The notes beneath the pieces were generated by a model that was given only the letters and a program-made list of their open reading frames with translations, made no database searches and was not told the DNA's origin. A stretch of DNA of 64,000 nt, from positions 948 through 64,947 of the forward strand of contig VFFB01000005.1 in assembly GCA_018882585.1 (NCBI GenBank), given 5' to 3'. The position numbers and the translations under genes are program-made. Below, one piece after another: positions 49,575 through 60,726 of this stretch (the first letter of the stretch is position 1; each line of letters opens with the position of its first letter). The stretch comes from Candidatus Kapaibacterium sp. (GTDB lineage Bacteria; Bacteroidota; Ignavibacteria; Kapaibacteriales; Kapaibacteriaceae).

Positions 49575-50191
49575 AATCCCTCGTGCATCACGCTCCATCC
49601 GACGGCGCCCGAGAGTTTGTAGCGCATGGAGACGCCGATGATGAGGGCCGTCATGCGCTCGAGCGTTCGGGCGTAGATGAGTTTGCCGGCATACCACGGG
49701 CGAAAGCCGATGGCTGTGATCATTGTCTCGACGACGCCTGCGGCCTCGCGGTCGTCCGACGCAACGAAGGTGTCCATGATTGACGCATCGTGCTGCAACG
49801 CGGCCGCACCAATCGTATTGAGCGCTTTGACGATGCGACCATGCGGAATGGCTCGTGCCAACTGCTCGGCCGCACTGTCGTGGTCGGGGGTAACAACGTC
49901 GTCGAGCGTTGGCGTCAGCGGATTGGTCATGCTGACGATGATATGGTCGCTCAGCACGTCGGCAAGGTCACCGCCGATCTGTTGTTCAACTGTGTAGGGG
50001 ACGGCAAGTATCACAATGGTCGACGCTCGTACCGAGTCGGCCGCCGTTGCATGAAGGTAGCTGCCGTCGGCAGGCAGCTGCGGATCATAGCCATGGACGA
50101 CGAAACCTGCACGCCGAAGGCGTGCAGCCAAGGCGCTGCCCATGGTGCCGGCGATGCCAATGATGGAGACGACGGGATAATTGGATGTCAT
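49571..50191 (-). CDS. NADPH-dependent F420 reductase-like oxidoreductase
   Basis: GIAGTMG, ILAVPY, NPL, SAAEQLA, VKALNTI, VASDD..A, ARTLE. Confidence 0.85.
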   Translation of the reverse strand: MTSNYPVVSIIGIAGTMGSALAARLRRAGFVVHGYDPQLPADGSYLHATAADSVRASTIVILAVPYTVEQQIGGDLADVLSDHIIVSMTNPLTPTLDDVVTPDHDSAAEQLARAIPHGRIVKALNTIGAAALQHDASIMDTFVASDDREAAGVVETMITAIGFRPWYAGKLIYARTLERMTALIIGVSMRYKLSGAVGWSVMHEGL

Positions 50192-51933
50192 GCTTGTTCG
50201 CGTGCAGCATCTGTGATTCGACCAAGCACGCCATAACGATGCGAATGCATCAATGATTCCTGCTCGACTATTACGTCGCTTTCTACACCAAGATGTTGTA
50301 GCAGTGCAATGAAGACCTGAATCGATGATTCGTACTCCTCGGTGACCACTACGTCGGCTCCGGCCTTCGAGATTGCCTCGACATCACGTGCATATCGCGT
50401 CCGCGCTATCACAAAAATGTCCGGCCGTGCCCTGCGGATGATGGTTGTTGCCATGGCCACTGCCGATTGGTCGCTGATGGCAATGATGACAGAATTGGCG
50501 TGCTGCAGTCCCGCCAACTGCAGGTCTTCCAGATCGGTTGCATCACCATACACTATTGGCACGCCCTGCTTCCGACACTTCTCGACCGTCTGGCTGCTCA
50601 TCTCCATCACGCGGTAGGGTATCGCCGTTGCATCAAGGACGCGGGCAACGTTCCGCCCATGCACGCCATAGCCGATGATCACAACATTTGGCGTCGCCAT
50701 CACTTCAAGCGGCTTCGATGCCCCCTGCGAAAAGGTCGATAATGGGGCAAAGGATGACCTTGGGACGGCACGCTCGACAAGACGTGGGGCCGCGCTGATG
50801 AGCAACGGGGCTAATGTCATGGTGACGATGATGACCAGTAGCATAGCCTGAAAGCCATCATTCGTGATGAGGCCACTCTTCAGTCCCGACTCGGCAAGTA
50901 CAAATGAGAATTCGCCGATCTGTGCCAGCACGACACCGGCAAGCATGGCAACACGTATCGAGCAGCCAAGCGCGCGCAACACGGCCGTTACAACGAGTGC
51001 TTTAACAATGACGACGGCGACGGCACCCACTACGGTTGGCACAAGTAACGTCGGGTTGATGTCGAGCAACAAACCGACCGAGATGAAGAAGATGCTCGTG
51101 AATGCATCACGCATACTCTCGACTGCACGACCTATGCGATGTCCCTGGTCGGTTCCTGCCGTGATGACGCCGGCCATGAAGGCACCCAAGGCCATCGACA
51201 TGCCTACAAGCGAGGTGATGTAGGCAGCACCAAAACATATGACGAGGGCACCAAGGATCAAGACCTCCTGCGCAGACGCCAGCGAGACAAAACGGGTAAG
51301 GCGCGGCAGCAACAAACGAAGTCCGACGGCAATGGCCGTCCCAAATCCGATGAACGTGCCGATGCGCAGCGCAATGTCGGCCGTGGTGACATTAGCGTTC
51401 TGATCAAGCAATGAAATGACGATCATCAACGGAACGATGATGATGTCCTGGAAGAGCAGGATGCCCATCGAGGCACGACCGTGCGGCAAACTGAGCTCGC
51501 GACGCTCCTTTAGCACCTTGGCGCAGATGGCCGTACTGCTGACGCTTACCGTCAGGCCGATGAAGATCAACGTGTTGACAGATGCATCGACACCTACGGC
51601 CACCAATCCCAACGCAGCAAGAACCCCGCTCAGCAACGATGTGAGCAACACCTGCAACGATCCGCCGGCAAGCACAATGCGACGCATGCTACGCAGATCG
51701 TTGAGCGAGAACTCAAGGCCGATTGTAAACAGGAGTAGGATCACGCCAAGCTCGGCCAGTGTGGCGATGACGTCGTTCTGTACAACGATGCCGGCACCGC
51801 TCGGGCCAAGGATAATGCCCGTTGCGATCAGACCGATGATGGCCGGTAAGCGCAAACGCTGAAAGACGACGATGACCAGAATGGCCATGGCCGAAATGAT
51901 GACGAGCTCGTCCAGAAAATCAAACGTATGCAT
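50188..51933 (-). CDS. CPA2 cation:proton antiporter with TrkA-N domain (KefC/YbaL-like)
   Basis: LAELGVILLLFTIGLEF, ILLFQD, LAQIGEFSFVL, IIGYGVHG, VYGDAT. Confidence 0.92.
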   Translation of the reverse strand: MHTFDFLDELVIISAMAILVIVVFQRLRLPAIIGLIATGIILGPSGAGIVVQNDVIATLAELGVILLLFTIGLEFSLNDLRSMRRIVLAGGSLQVLLTSLLSGVLAALGLVAVGVDASVNTLIFIGLTVSVSSTAICAKVLKERRELSLPHGRASMGILLFQDIIIVPLMIVISLLDQNANVTTADIALRIGTFIGFGTAIAVGLRLLLPRLTRFVSLASAQEVLILGALVICFGAAYITSLVGMSMALGAFMAGVITAGTDQGHRIGRAVESMRDAFTSIFFISVGLLLDINPTLLVPTVVGAVAVVIVKALVVTAVLRALGCSIRVAMLAGVVLAQIGEFSFVLAESGLKSGLITNDGFQAMLLVIIVTMTLAPLLISAAPRLVERAVPRSSFAPLSTFSQGASKPLEVMATPNVVIIGYGVHGRNVARVLDATAIPYRVMEMSSQTVEKCRKQGVPIVYGDATDLEDLQLAGLQHANSVIIAISDQSAVAMATTIIRRARPDIFVIARTRYARDVEAISKAGADVVVTEEYESSIQVFIALLQHLGVESDVIVEQESLMHSHRYGVLGRITDAAREQA

Positions 51934-51944
51934 TGGCGCCGCCG

Positions 51945-52634
51945 TTACGTTCGTTCGCCAAAGATGGCAGAACCCACTCGTACCATCGTCGATCCTTCCT
52001 CGATAGCGATGTCCAGATCACTCGACATGCCCATCGACAGATGCACGGCATCGCTCGGTACCAACCCCCGAGCTATCGCCCGATCACGGATGGCGCGCAG
52101 CCGCGCAAAGCTTGCGCGCACGACGGTTTCGTCGTCGCTCATCGCACCGATGGTCATGAAACCCCGCACGTTCAGCCACTCGCGTTCCTGGATGTACTCC
52201 AGCAGCTCGTCGACCGCGTCGACGGCGCAGCCGTGCTTGCTCGCCTCGCCCGAGGCGTTGACCTCGACAAGGATGTCTACGCCCTCGCCGCGGCGCTCAC
52301 ACTCGGCATCGAGTTCATCGACAAGCGACTGCCGGTCGACCGATTGAATGCAGGTGGCAAACTTCAGTACATCGCGCACCTTGTTCGTCTGCAGATGGCC
52401 AATAAAATGCCACTCGATGTCAAGGTCCAACAACTCGTCGTACTTGGGCAATGCCTCCTGCACGCGATTCTCGCCAAAGGCGGTAGCTCCGACCTCGTAG
52501 GCCTCTCGCAGACGCTCACTGTCGACCGTCTTGGTGGCCAGCACCAGTGTTACGGTCTCGGGGTCACGTCCACAGCGCATGCAGGCATCGTTGATCCGAC
52601 GTTGGACGGACTGAATGTTGGTGGTAATGGACAT
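51945..52634 (-). CDS. yggS: Pyridoxal phosphate homeostasis protein
   Basis: LVLATKT, FGENRVQE, WHFIGHLQTNKV, LSMGMSSD, MVRVGSAIFGER. Confidence 0.96.
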   Translation of the reverse strand: MSITTNIQSVQRRINDACMRCGRDPETVTLVLATKTVDSERLREAYEVGATAFGENRVQEALPKYDELLDLDIEWHFIGHLQTNKVRDVLKFATCIQSVDRQSLVDELDAECERRGEGVDILVEVNASGEASKHGCAVDAVDELLEYIQEREWLNVRGFMTIGAMSDDETVVRASFARLRAIRDRAIARGLVPSDAVHLSMGMSSDLDIAIEEGSTMVRVGSAIFGERT

Positions 52635-52657
52635 GCCGCAAAATAGCCCATCGTACG

Positions 52658-55600
52658 CTACCGCATGATGACAAGGGGCAGCGTATATACGCGGCCTTCG
52701 GCCGCGCAGCGGACGCTGTACGACCCTGCGGGCAACTGCTTGATGTGGATGCGAACGCCATTGGCGACGTCGTGACGCAGGACAACACGACCTTGCGCGT
52801 CGAGGATGTCGACCATGGAGGTTACCGTTCCGGCCACACCGGTGATGTCGATGTGGTCTGCTGCCGGATTCGGCACGATGCTGAACGGCGCAGCGTCGAT
52901 ATCGCTCACACTGGCAACGCCGTCCGTCGTGAAGTTCCGCGCCGTCGTCCACTCGCCCGCAACGCCATCGCGCAGGCCACGCACACGCCAGAAGTAACGC
53001 TTGCCTGGCTCCAGACCGCTCAGCGTTGCCGTGGTGTCGGCCCCACGTCCATCCTTCAAGACCGTGCTGATGGTAATGGTTGCTCCAAGCTGATACTCGT
53101 AGGTGTCGGCACCGCGAAGTTGATTCCAAGCAAGGACAGCAGCCGACGTCGGAACGTCCTTCGCACCCGGGGCAGGTGCTGTGAGCGTGGGTTTACCAAC
53201 GACCGACGTAAAGGACCACACGTCCGAAGGTTCGCTCTTACCGCCCACGCCAAAGGCCGTCACGCGCCAGTGATACGTTGTGAAGTCCGCCTCGAGCGCA
53301 ATCGTCGCGACGGAGTCGGCCAAGATGTTGTCGACCACCCGTACCATATCCTGCATGACCTTGTCGCGAGCGATCTCGAGTCGGTACGACACTGCATTGG
53401 GCACGGACGTCCACCGGAACTCGGGCCGGGCAGGAACGTTGAAGACAGCGTCTGACGGTGTTCGCAGTGTCGGCGCCGACGGGCGCACGGGAACCTCATC
53501 GATGGTGCCACTGAATACGCCATAGCCGTGCGTGCCAACGGCGATCATACCGTCCTGCGGACGCGACACCACCATGTCGATCGGTACGTTGCCGATGTCA
53601 CGTGCAGCGGCAGCAGCCCACGCCGTCGATGTGCCGTTGAGTTCCGCCGTGTAGTACAGCCCTGTCGACGTCCCAACGACGTACAAGCGGCCGTCCTGCC
53701 GTGGAAGGATCGTAACCCAGTTGACGGCCGGCCCCGAACCATTGGGACCCTCCAGGTTGCCCGAGACGTCAGACCACGTTGCTCCACCATCGGTAGTGGC
53801 AAAGACACTGCGGAAGTTGTAGTTCGAGAATGTGAAGACAACGTGATCGCCGTTCGACGGATCAATGGCAATGTTGCTGACGTACGCACCGTTGGGCAGC
53901 GCGCTGTCGACCCGCACCACTGTAGCGTCCTTGCTGCTCGCATTCAGCAGCTTGTAGATGCCGCCGTTGGACGTGCCGTACCAGACGACGTTCGAGGGAT
54001 TGCGAGAGACGGCGATGGCCGAAATCTGTCCGGACGCCAGACGCGTCTGCGGCAACGAGTCCCAGTTCACAAGCGTCGAATCGTCGCCACCAAGTGGCAT
54101 CTCCAGCAGGTTGTTGTTCCGCCACATGATGCGGCCACCGGCAAGGTAAAGGAACCGCTCATCTACAGGGTCGACGGCGAACGGATTGATGAACAGATAG
54201 TCCGTTCCGCCGATCGGGTCGATGCGGCCACGCCCCACCTCGGTGCCGTTGCTGTCAAGGACGACGCGACGGATACGTGCGTTCTGCGTAGACACAACAA
54301 GGCCGCGGCCCTTCTGAATGTAGCTGCAGTAGGATCCGTCGCCGCCACCACGGCGCTCCCACGGCTGCGTCTGCTCGAACGTCGACGTCGAGAACGTCCC
54401 ATTGTCCTGCATGCCCCCCATGATACGTGCGTCGCCGGTAAGATCGGTGATGGCAATGGCATAGTGCTGCGTGGTGATGTAGCCGTTTGTCAGCGACGTC
54501 CACACCACGGTATCGGCCCGCACGTCGCGCGTCATCTGCACGCCACCGTCGTTCGCACTGTACATCCGCAAGGGCTCTTTTGTCGAAAACACGACATCGT
54601 GCTGGTCCGGGTGATGCTCGGGGTACGACGGAAAGGTCTCGGCAGCACTTGGTTTTCCGTAGCCCCCTATCCAGGCATTTGTAGAGTTGTTTACAAAGCC
54701 GTTCGATGTGGTGTAGAGGTTCGTACCGCCTACCACGACAACGTTGGTGTCGAAGGGCGAAACGTTGCACACAAGGTCATAGCCGCCTTGCGAGAAGAAG
54801 TCGCCCGACCGGCCTCCGAACAGTGGCAACGCGGCACTGCGGTCTTCCCAGCCTCGGTCGGCATGATACTTCCAGATCGAATGCCACTCGGTGCGCTCAC
54901 CATCACGCAGCAGAAACTTGCCCATGGTGCCTGCATTGGGCGTTTCGGCAATAGCATAGATCTGTTTCGGGTCGGAGGGGGCAATGCCCAACACGATGCG
55001 TCGTGTTGTCGCGGGCATGAACGACGGCGAGATCTCCTGCCATGTTGCACCAACGTCGGTACTGCGAAAGATCCCTCGGCGAGACGCCGTCTGATTGGCA
55101 AATCGTGTATTTGAACTCAGGGTTGCGTAGAGTGTACCGTCGGACACGCAGTAGACCTCGCTGAACAGACTTGTACTGCCAAGCGACGTTGTCCAGGTGC
55201 GTCCGGCGTTGGTGCTGCGAAGGACACCGTTCTCGGCCGAGGCGACGAACAACACGGTGTCGGTCGACGTGGGATGCACCAAGATGCGCCAGGTGTAGGC
55301 GAAGTCGCCCTGTGAAGGTGCCTGGCCGGTAACGGTAGCAGCGATCGGTTCCCAGGATAGACCCTTGTTCGTGCTCTTGTAGATACCGTCGCCGGTGATC
55401 CCTGCAGAGTTGCCGTAGATCTCGCCTGTACCGTAGAACATCAAGTTGTCCTTGCCCGGTCGCGGATCATGAGCAATGCAAGTCACGCTGTGCAACTGAT
55501 CGGGGCGAGTGACCTTTGTCCATGACGTACCATTGTCCGTACTGCGCCACACGCCGCCGCTCACGCCCGCGGCGATCACCAGACGTTCGTCGGCAGGGTC

Positions 55601-55915
55601 GACGAACAACGCACGCGTACGTCCGCCAATGTTCCAGGGTCCTCGCAGCATCCACGTTTCCTGTTGCAGTGCTTCGGCTGCCTTCACCGTTCCGTATGCG
55701 CCGGGCATTGACGCAGCATGATGCCGCTCCTGCTGTCGAGCGTCTTCGGGGATCTGTCCCGTAGCAGGGTCGGCATATCGCAGCAGCATGTAGGCCTTGC
55801 GGTCCTGCGGCGCAAGCGCTGCATCTGATGTTGGCGCGTTGCTGGCGCAGCCGTAGAGCATGACGAGAGCGCAAAGCGGCAGAAGCAGTCGTTGCAGGGG
55901 TCGCATCATGATCAT
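52658..55915 (-). CDS. Secreted BNR/Asp-box (VPS10-like) beta-propeller protein with FN3 repeats and T9SS CTD
   Basis: GPWNIGGRTRA, repeated S.D.G.TW Asp-boxes, HPDQH, GGMQDNGT, GTHGYGVF, FN3 WRV motifs, IVPNPA CTD. Confidence 0.85.
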   Translation of the reverse strand: MIMMRPLQRLLLPLCALVMLYGCASNAPTSDAALAPQDRKAYMLLRYADPATGQIPEDARQQERHHAASMPGAYGTVKAAEALQQETWMLRGPWNIGGRTRALFVDPADERLVIAAGVSGGVWRSTDNGTSWTKVTRPDQLHSVTCIAHDPRPGKDNLMFYGTGEIYGNSAGITGDGIYKSTNKGLSWEPIAATVTGQAPSQGDFAYTWRILVHPTSTDTVLFVASAENGVLRSTNAGRTWTTSLGSTSLFSEVYCVSDGTLYATLSSNTRFANQTASRRGIFRSTDVGATWQEISPSFMPATTRRIVLGIAPSDPKQIYAIAETPNAGTMGKFLLRDGERTEWHSIWKYHADRGWEDRSAALPLFGGRSGDFFSQGGYDLVCNVSPFDTNVVVVGGTNLYTTSNGFVNNSTNAWIGGYGKPSAAETFPSYPEHHPDQHDVVFSTKEPLRMYSANDGGVQMTRDVRADTVVWTSLTNGYITTQHYAIAITDLTGDARIMGGMQDNGTFSTSTFEQTQPWERRGGGDGSYCSYIQKGRGLVVSTQNARIRRVVLDSNGTEVGRGRIDPIGGTDYLFINPFAVDPVDERFLYLAGGRIMWRNNNLLEMPLGGDDSTLVNWDSLPQTRLASGQISAIAVSRNPSNVVWYGTSNGGIYKLLNASSKDATVVRVDSALPNGAYVSNIAIDPSNGDHVVFTFSNYNFRSVFATTDGGATWSDVSGNLEGPNGSGPAVNWVTILPRQDGRLYVVGTSTGLYYTAELNGTSTAWAAAAARDIGNVPIDMVVSRPQDGMIAVGTHGYGVFSGTIDEVPVRPSAPTLRTPSDAVFNVPARPEFRWTSVPNAVSYRLEIARDKVMQDMVRVVDNILADSVATIALEADFTTYHWRVTAFGVGGKSEPSDVWSFTSVVGKPTLTAPAPGAKDVPTSAAVLAWNQLRGADTYEYQLGATITISTVLKDGRGADTTATLSGLEPGKRYFWRVRGLRDGVAGEWTTARNFTTDGVASVSDIDAAPFSIVPNPAADHIDITGVAGTVTSMVDILDAQGRVVLRHDVANGVRIHIKQLPAGSYSVRCAAEGRVYTLPLVIMR

Positions 55916-55925
55916 GGTCCTTCGG

Positions 55926-57395
55926 TCAGGAACGTTGGATAAACCTTGACGGCAGCATCGACCGTAGTGTGGACACGCCGATCACACCCACGGCCATCAG
56001 AACGACCAGATACAGCGGGATGGCAACGAGTCGAGCGGCGATTTGTATGGTGTCGTGGGGCGGAAGCGCATGCACCACTGCGTAGATGATGCCGGCACAT
56101 GCTACGGCCGCGCCGACGCGGACAACGTCGTAACGGACCGGATATATCCGCGACAACGGAATGGCAATGGCAATGACGCTGACTACGTAGGCTGCGACCT
56201 TTGCCCATGCTGCCCCCTCGATTCCCATCACCGGCACCAGCAGGTATGTGGCCACAACGCTTACGACGGCAGCAATGCCCGTGACGATCGGAAAGTACCC
56301 AGTCCGCTTCGTGATGTGAAAGCCGGCCACCAGGTTCACGAACACGCCATTGAAGAAGTAGGCGAACAGAATAATCGGAACGATGTCAAGACCGCTCCAG
56401 TATTCCGGATTGATGAAGCGACCACCGATGAATGGAAGCTTGACGATGTAGGGCATCCACAGTGATGTGCCAAGAAACACGATGCCACAACCCACGGTAA
56501 ACAGCGTCAACACGCGAACAAAGAGATCTTTCGCCTGCGGGTCGTCTCGATGGTGCAAGTAGAAGGGCTTCCAGGCGTATTCGAAGACCGTTACCACAAG
56601 CATCATCGGTATGGCCAGTCGAAAGTTCGTCTGATACATTCCCACTGCCGCGTTGCCCATCAGCAGCAGCATGATAGGTCTGTCGGCAACCTGCACCATG
56701 ATCGACGACAGATTCGAGGGCACGGTGGGGAGTCCGAAGCGCAGCATGTCGATGGCCATTGCGCGGTCAAACGAACCTCGCAAGGCCTCCAAGATGTCCG
56801 GCATAAGCAACAGCAAGGTCATCGCCGATGCGATAACGCCTGCCCACAGAACACCCTGGACGCGCCAGCCAAGGACGATCACAAGGACGACATTGAGGAT
56901 GACGTTGACGACAACGTTGAACAACCGCAGCATGGCAAAGCGTTTGGGTTTGCGCAGCATGCGCAGTCGTGCGAACGGCAGCAATATCAATGCATCGATC
57001 AAGGGGATCAACGCCGCCGTCATGACCAGCGTGCTTGCGTTACCTTGCAGCTGCAGCCATGGTGATGCGGCGATTGGCGAGGCAAACAGCATGGTCAGGG
57101 CCGTGACGGCGAGTCCCAGCAGGAATACGATGCGATAGGCCGTTCCGAACACGCGTGTAGACGCTGCCGCGTCATTGCGGTCGAAGAACCGCATATAGGC
57201 AGGCTCCAGACCCAGCGAGTACACGATGTTCACAAAGGCGATCATGGCATAGATCGCCGTCACGTCGCCTATCTCGCCCTTGGTGAGATAGTTCGTGTAC
57301 AGCGGCGTCAACAGGAACGTCAGGAAGCGTTGTATGACGGAGCTTACGCCATACACCGCCGTGTCGGAAGCCAGTGATCGTATCGTTGCTTGCAT
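55926..57395 (-). CDS. Polysaccharide flippase (Wzx/MOP family)
   Basis: LASDTAVYG, FLLTPLYT..L, ADR, AWKPFY, about 14 TM helices. Confidence 0.88.
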   Translation of the reverse strand: MQATIRSLASDTAVYGVSSVIQRFLTFLLTPLYTNYLTKGEIGDVTAIYAMIAFVNIVYSLGLEPAYMRFFDRNDAAASTRVFGTAYRIVFLLGLAVTALTMLFASPIAASPWLQLQGNASTLVMTAALIPLIDALILLPFARLRMLRKPKRFAMLRLFNVVVNVILNVVLVIVLGWRVQGVLWAGVIASAMTLLLLMPDILEALRGSFDRAMAIDMLRFGLPTVPSNLSSIMVQVADRPIMLLLMGNAAVGMYQTNFRLAIPMMLVVTVFEYAWKPFYLHHRDDPQAKDLFVRVLTLFTVGCGIVFLGTSLWMPYIVKLPFIGGRFINPEYWSGLDIVPIILFAYFFNGVFVNLVAGFHITKRTGYFPIVTGIAAVVSVVATYLLVPVMGIEGAAWAKVAAYVVSVIAIAIPLSRIYPVRYDVVRVGAAVACAGIIYAVVHALPPHDTIQIAARLVAIPLYLVVLMAVGVIGVSTLRSMLPSRFIQRS

Positions 57396-57435
57396 GCGTA
57401 ATTTTCCGGGACAACAAACATACCAAGCCAAGTCC

Positions 57436-59265
57436 ATGCAAGCCCGCCGCCCCCTCCAAAACCTTCTTGTCGCCCTTGTCGTCCTGATACCCGTTACGGG
57501 ATTGGCACAGACGGCCACCACGCCCGAAGGACAACGCATCCTGGAACACGTTCGCATCCTGTCGTCGGACGAGTATGCCGGACGTGCCCCCGGTACCGAC
57601 GGGATCGAGAAGGCAGCCACCTACCTTGAACGCACGTTCACGTCGACCGGCCTGAAGCCCATGGGTACGAAGGGTTATCGATATCCTTTCACGATGACAA
57701 CGGCGGCAGCACTCGGACCCAAGAACTCCGTCAACTTCGACGTCGTGGTGGAACGTCCCGGCGTACCGCTCGAGATGACAAAGCCGACCAAGATCTCCTG
57801 GAAACTGGGTGTCGACTACCAACCCTATGCGTGGACCGAATCACGCAGTGTTTCCGGACCGGTTGTCTTTGCCGGTTATGGTCTGTCGGTCAAAGACAAG
57901 AACTATGACGATTACGCCAACATCGACGTGAAGGGGGCAGTGGTGATCGTGCTGCGCGGCCTGCCCAAGTGGGCCGAGAAGGACGACGCCTTTACGCAGC
58001 ATGGAGCGCTACGCGCCAAGGCGACGCTGGCGCGCGAGAAAGGTGCCGTAGCAGTCTGCTTTGTGAACGAACAGGGCGACTCGTCGGACGTGCTGGCACG
58101 CTTCGGCCTGGATCGTCTGGGTGCACATTCGGGCATCGTGGCCGTGCAGGTGCGACGCACGCCGTGTGCGCGCATCTTCCCGCCCAAGGAAACGTCGATG
58201 TTCGTTGCCGAGGCCGCGATCAACAGGGAGAAGAAGCCGGCGTCGTTTGCGCTGACACGCACCACGGCAACTGTCAGCACCGACGTTGTTCTACAGGAAA
58301 GCGAAACGTCGAACATCGTTGGCATGGTCGAAGGAACTGATCCGGCACTGAAGGGACAGTACCTGGTGATCGGCGCGCATTACGATCACCTTGGCATGGG
58401 CGACGAGAACTCGCTGGCCGCTTCGCGCGAGCCGGATGTGCATCACGGAGCCGACGACAACGCATCGGGCACATCGGCCGTCCTTGAGCTTGCCGCACGG
58501 TTTGCCAAGAATCCCGCTCGGCGCAGCGTTCTCTTCATGGGATTCAGCGGCGAAGAAAAAGGTCTGCTCGGCAGCAAGGCATGGGTGTCGACGCCAACCG
58601 TTCCGCTCTCGGATGTGGTCTCGATGATCAACCTGGATATGGTCGGCCGACTGAAAGACAACAAGGTCAACGTCCAAGGCTACGGCACATCGTCGAAGTG
58701 GCCAGCTATTGTCGACTCTGCCAAGGCCTATGCCGGACTCACGGTCTCGACCACGGCCGACGGTTTGGGTCCAAGCGACCATTCGTCGTTCTTCTCGAAG
58801 GACATTCCCGTGCTGTTCTTCTTTACGGGTCTGCACTCGGACTACCATCGTCCGTCGGACACGTGGGACAAGATCAACGCCGACGGTACGGCAGCCGTTG
58901 TTGCCATGGCCGAACGCGCTGCGCGCGACATTGCGAATGCCGACGACCGACCCGACTTTATCAAGCCGGAACCGAGCAAGACACAGAGTGGCAGCATTGC
59001 CCTTAAGGTGTCACTGGGCGTGATCCCGGATTACTCCGACGATCCGAACGGACTGAAGATCACGGGTGTGCGCGCAGGTTCGGCAGCCGAAAAGGCGGGC
59101 CTGCAAGGCGACGATGTGATCACGAAGATCGACGCCATGGCGATCAAGAACATCTACGACCTGATGGCCTCACTCGGAACATACAAGCCACAGGATACGG
59201 CCAAGGTCGTCGTACTTCGTGGCGGCAAGGAAGTCACACTTACTGTGACCTTTGCCGGAAAGTAA
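57436..59265 (+). CDS. M28 family peptidase with PA and PDZ domains
   Basis: VIGAHYDHLG, GADDNASG, FSGEEKGLLGS, NLDMVG, SDH, DYH; LGVIPDY...GSAAEKAGL PDZ. Confidence 0.93.
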   Translation: MQARRPLQNLLVALVVLIPVTGLAQTATTPEGQRILEHVRILSSDEYAGRAPGTDGIEKAATYLERTFTSTGLKPMGTKGYRYPFTMTTAAALGPKNSVNFDVVVERPGVPLEMTKPTKISWKLGVDYQPYAWTESRSVSGPVVFAGYGLSVKDKNYDDYANIDVKGAVVIVLRGLPKWAEKDDAFTQHGALRAKATLAREKGAVAVCFVNEQGDSSDVLARFGLDRLGAHSGIVAVQVRRTPCARIFPPKETSMFVAEAAINREKKPASFALTRTTATVSTDVVLQESETSNIVGMVEGTDPALKGQYLVIGAHYDHLGMGDENSLAASREPDVHHGADDNASGTSAVLELAARFAKNPARRSVLFMGFSGEEKGLLGSKAWVSTPTVPLSDVVSMINLDMVGRLKDNKVNVQGYGTSSKWPAIVDSAKAYAGLTVSTTADGLGPSDHSSFFSKDIPVLFFFTGLHSDYHRPSDTWDKINADGTAAVVAMAERAARDIANADDRPDFIKPEPSKTQSGSIALKVSLGVIPDYSDDPNGLKITGVRAGSAAEKAGLQGDDVITKIDAMAIKNIYDLMASLGTYKPQDTAKVVVLRGGKEVTLTVTFAGK

Positions 59266-59271
59266 CCTGCG

Positions 59272-60609
59272 TTACATGTTGGCGCAGGCCCATGCCATGA
59301 CGGCCATCGAGTAGGCGCATTCCTGCATTTCCCGGGGTATGAGCTTATCAGGCGTGTCGCCATCCGTATGGTGATACCAGAAGTAATTGCCTTCGGTCAC
59401 AAGCTCCATCACTTCGACGCCACGGCGGTGCAGCGGCGACGTATCGGCACCGCCGCTGCCGTCGCGCAGCGACGAGGCGCCGACGATGTTGAGCAGCGTG
59501 GAAACATCTTCGAGGTCTGAACGCAGTTTGCCCGTAGCACTGGTGCTGAAGCCAACGGGCTTGAAGGTACCTCCATCGCTTTCCATGGCCATGAAGTGCT
59601 TCTCGTTCATGGTACTATCGGAATACGTTGTACCGCCCCGAAGGCCGTTCTCTTCATTCGTCCAGAAGCATACGCGGATCGTCCGCTTTGGCACCAGTCC
59701 AAGGTTGCGCATGTGGACAAGGGCACGCCACGTGATAAAGCATCCGCCTGCATCGTCCATGGCGCCGGTGCCCACGTCCCACGAGTCGATATGGCCACCC
59801 ATCACAACCACTTCATTGGGCAGTTCACGACCGGGGATCTCGATGATCACGTTGCGGCTTGGAGCGTCGGGCTCCCAGTGCGCCTCCATCGTCAGCGTCA
59901 GTTCAGCTTCCTGCCCACGGTCCTGCATTCGCTGCAGCAGCAAGGCATCTTCGATCGTGATGGCGGCCGAGGCGATCTTGGGTAGCGAGTCGTTATAGCC
60001 CATTCCCCCGGTATGTGGCGTTTGGATACCATACGGACCTACGCTGCGCACCAGTGACGCCACGGCACCGTAGCGGGCGGCTTCGGAGGCGCCATTGTAT
60101 CGGTAGGCAACGGTGGGGCCGTACGTCGTGAATTCCACGTTCCAGACCACGATGCGTCCTTTGGCTTCAGCCTGACGTCGTTTAAGCTCGTCGAACGATT
60201 TCACCACCAGCACCTTCGCCGTCAGGGGTTTACCTCCGGTTCCAACATTGCCCCCTAACCCCAACACGGGCATCGTGCGTTTGATGGGAGCATTCATAAC
60301 GAGCGATTCGGGACCGCGTTTCCAGTTCGGCACCATGGTATGCTGGGTACGAACCTTCCACCCTTCTTTTTGCATGCGGGCGATGATCCAGTCGATGCCT
60401 CGCTCAAGATTCTCGGTCCCACCCAGACGCTTAGGATACATATCGCAGAACTCGGCCATGAGTGGCCACAGCTCGTTATCGTTCATGATGGCCTTGTGCA
60501 GCCGTTCGGCATCCTTCCTAAAACGATCGGCTAGTTCGCCGGCAGAAAGGGGCAGTGCTGCTCCAAGGTAAAGAGCAAGCAGCACACATGCAGCAAACAG
60601 TCGGTGCAT
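59272..60609 (-). CDS. M28 family peptidase (carboxypeptidase Q-like)
   Basis: GGHIDSWDVGTGAMDD, NEENGLRG, ESDGG, YFWYHHTDGDT. Confidence 0.92.
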   Translation of the reverse strand: MHRLFAACVLLALYLGAALPLSAGELADRFRKDAERLHKAIMNDNELWPLMAEFCDMYPKRLGGTENLERGIDWIIARMQKEGWKVRTQHTMVPNWKRGPESLVMNAPIKRTMPVLGLGGNVGTGGKPLTAKVLVVKSFDELKRRQAEAKGRIVVWNVEFTTYGPTVAYRYNGASEAARYGAVASLVRSVGPYGIQTPHTGGMGYNDSLPKIASAAITIEDALLLQRMQDRGQEAELTLTMEAHWEPDAPSRNVIIEIPGRELPNEVVVMGGHIDSWDVGTGAMDDAGGCFITWRALVHMRNLGLVPKRTIRVCFWTNEENGLRGGTTYSDSTMNEKHFMAMESDGGTFKPVGFSTSATGKLRSDLEDVSTLLNIVGASSLRDGSGGADTSPLHRRGVEVMELVTEGNYFWYHHTDGDTPDKLIPREMQECAYSMAVMAWACANM

Positions 60610-60726
60610 CGTCGTTTTCTCCACGTGGGGTGATGCGTCAAAATACCTAGGCGGGGTGGAACCACAGCCCTCGCCACCGTTGCTCGTTTCCACGTATTTT
60701 CGTGTCTTCGCAAACTGGGGACAGTC

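Noticed and set aside
53528-55114. 528-aa antisense ORF, and many other long antisense ORFs
   Set aside because: Shadow frames of GC-rich genes, with no motifs and fully overlapping well-supported CDSs.
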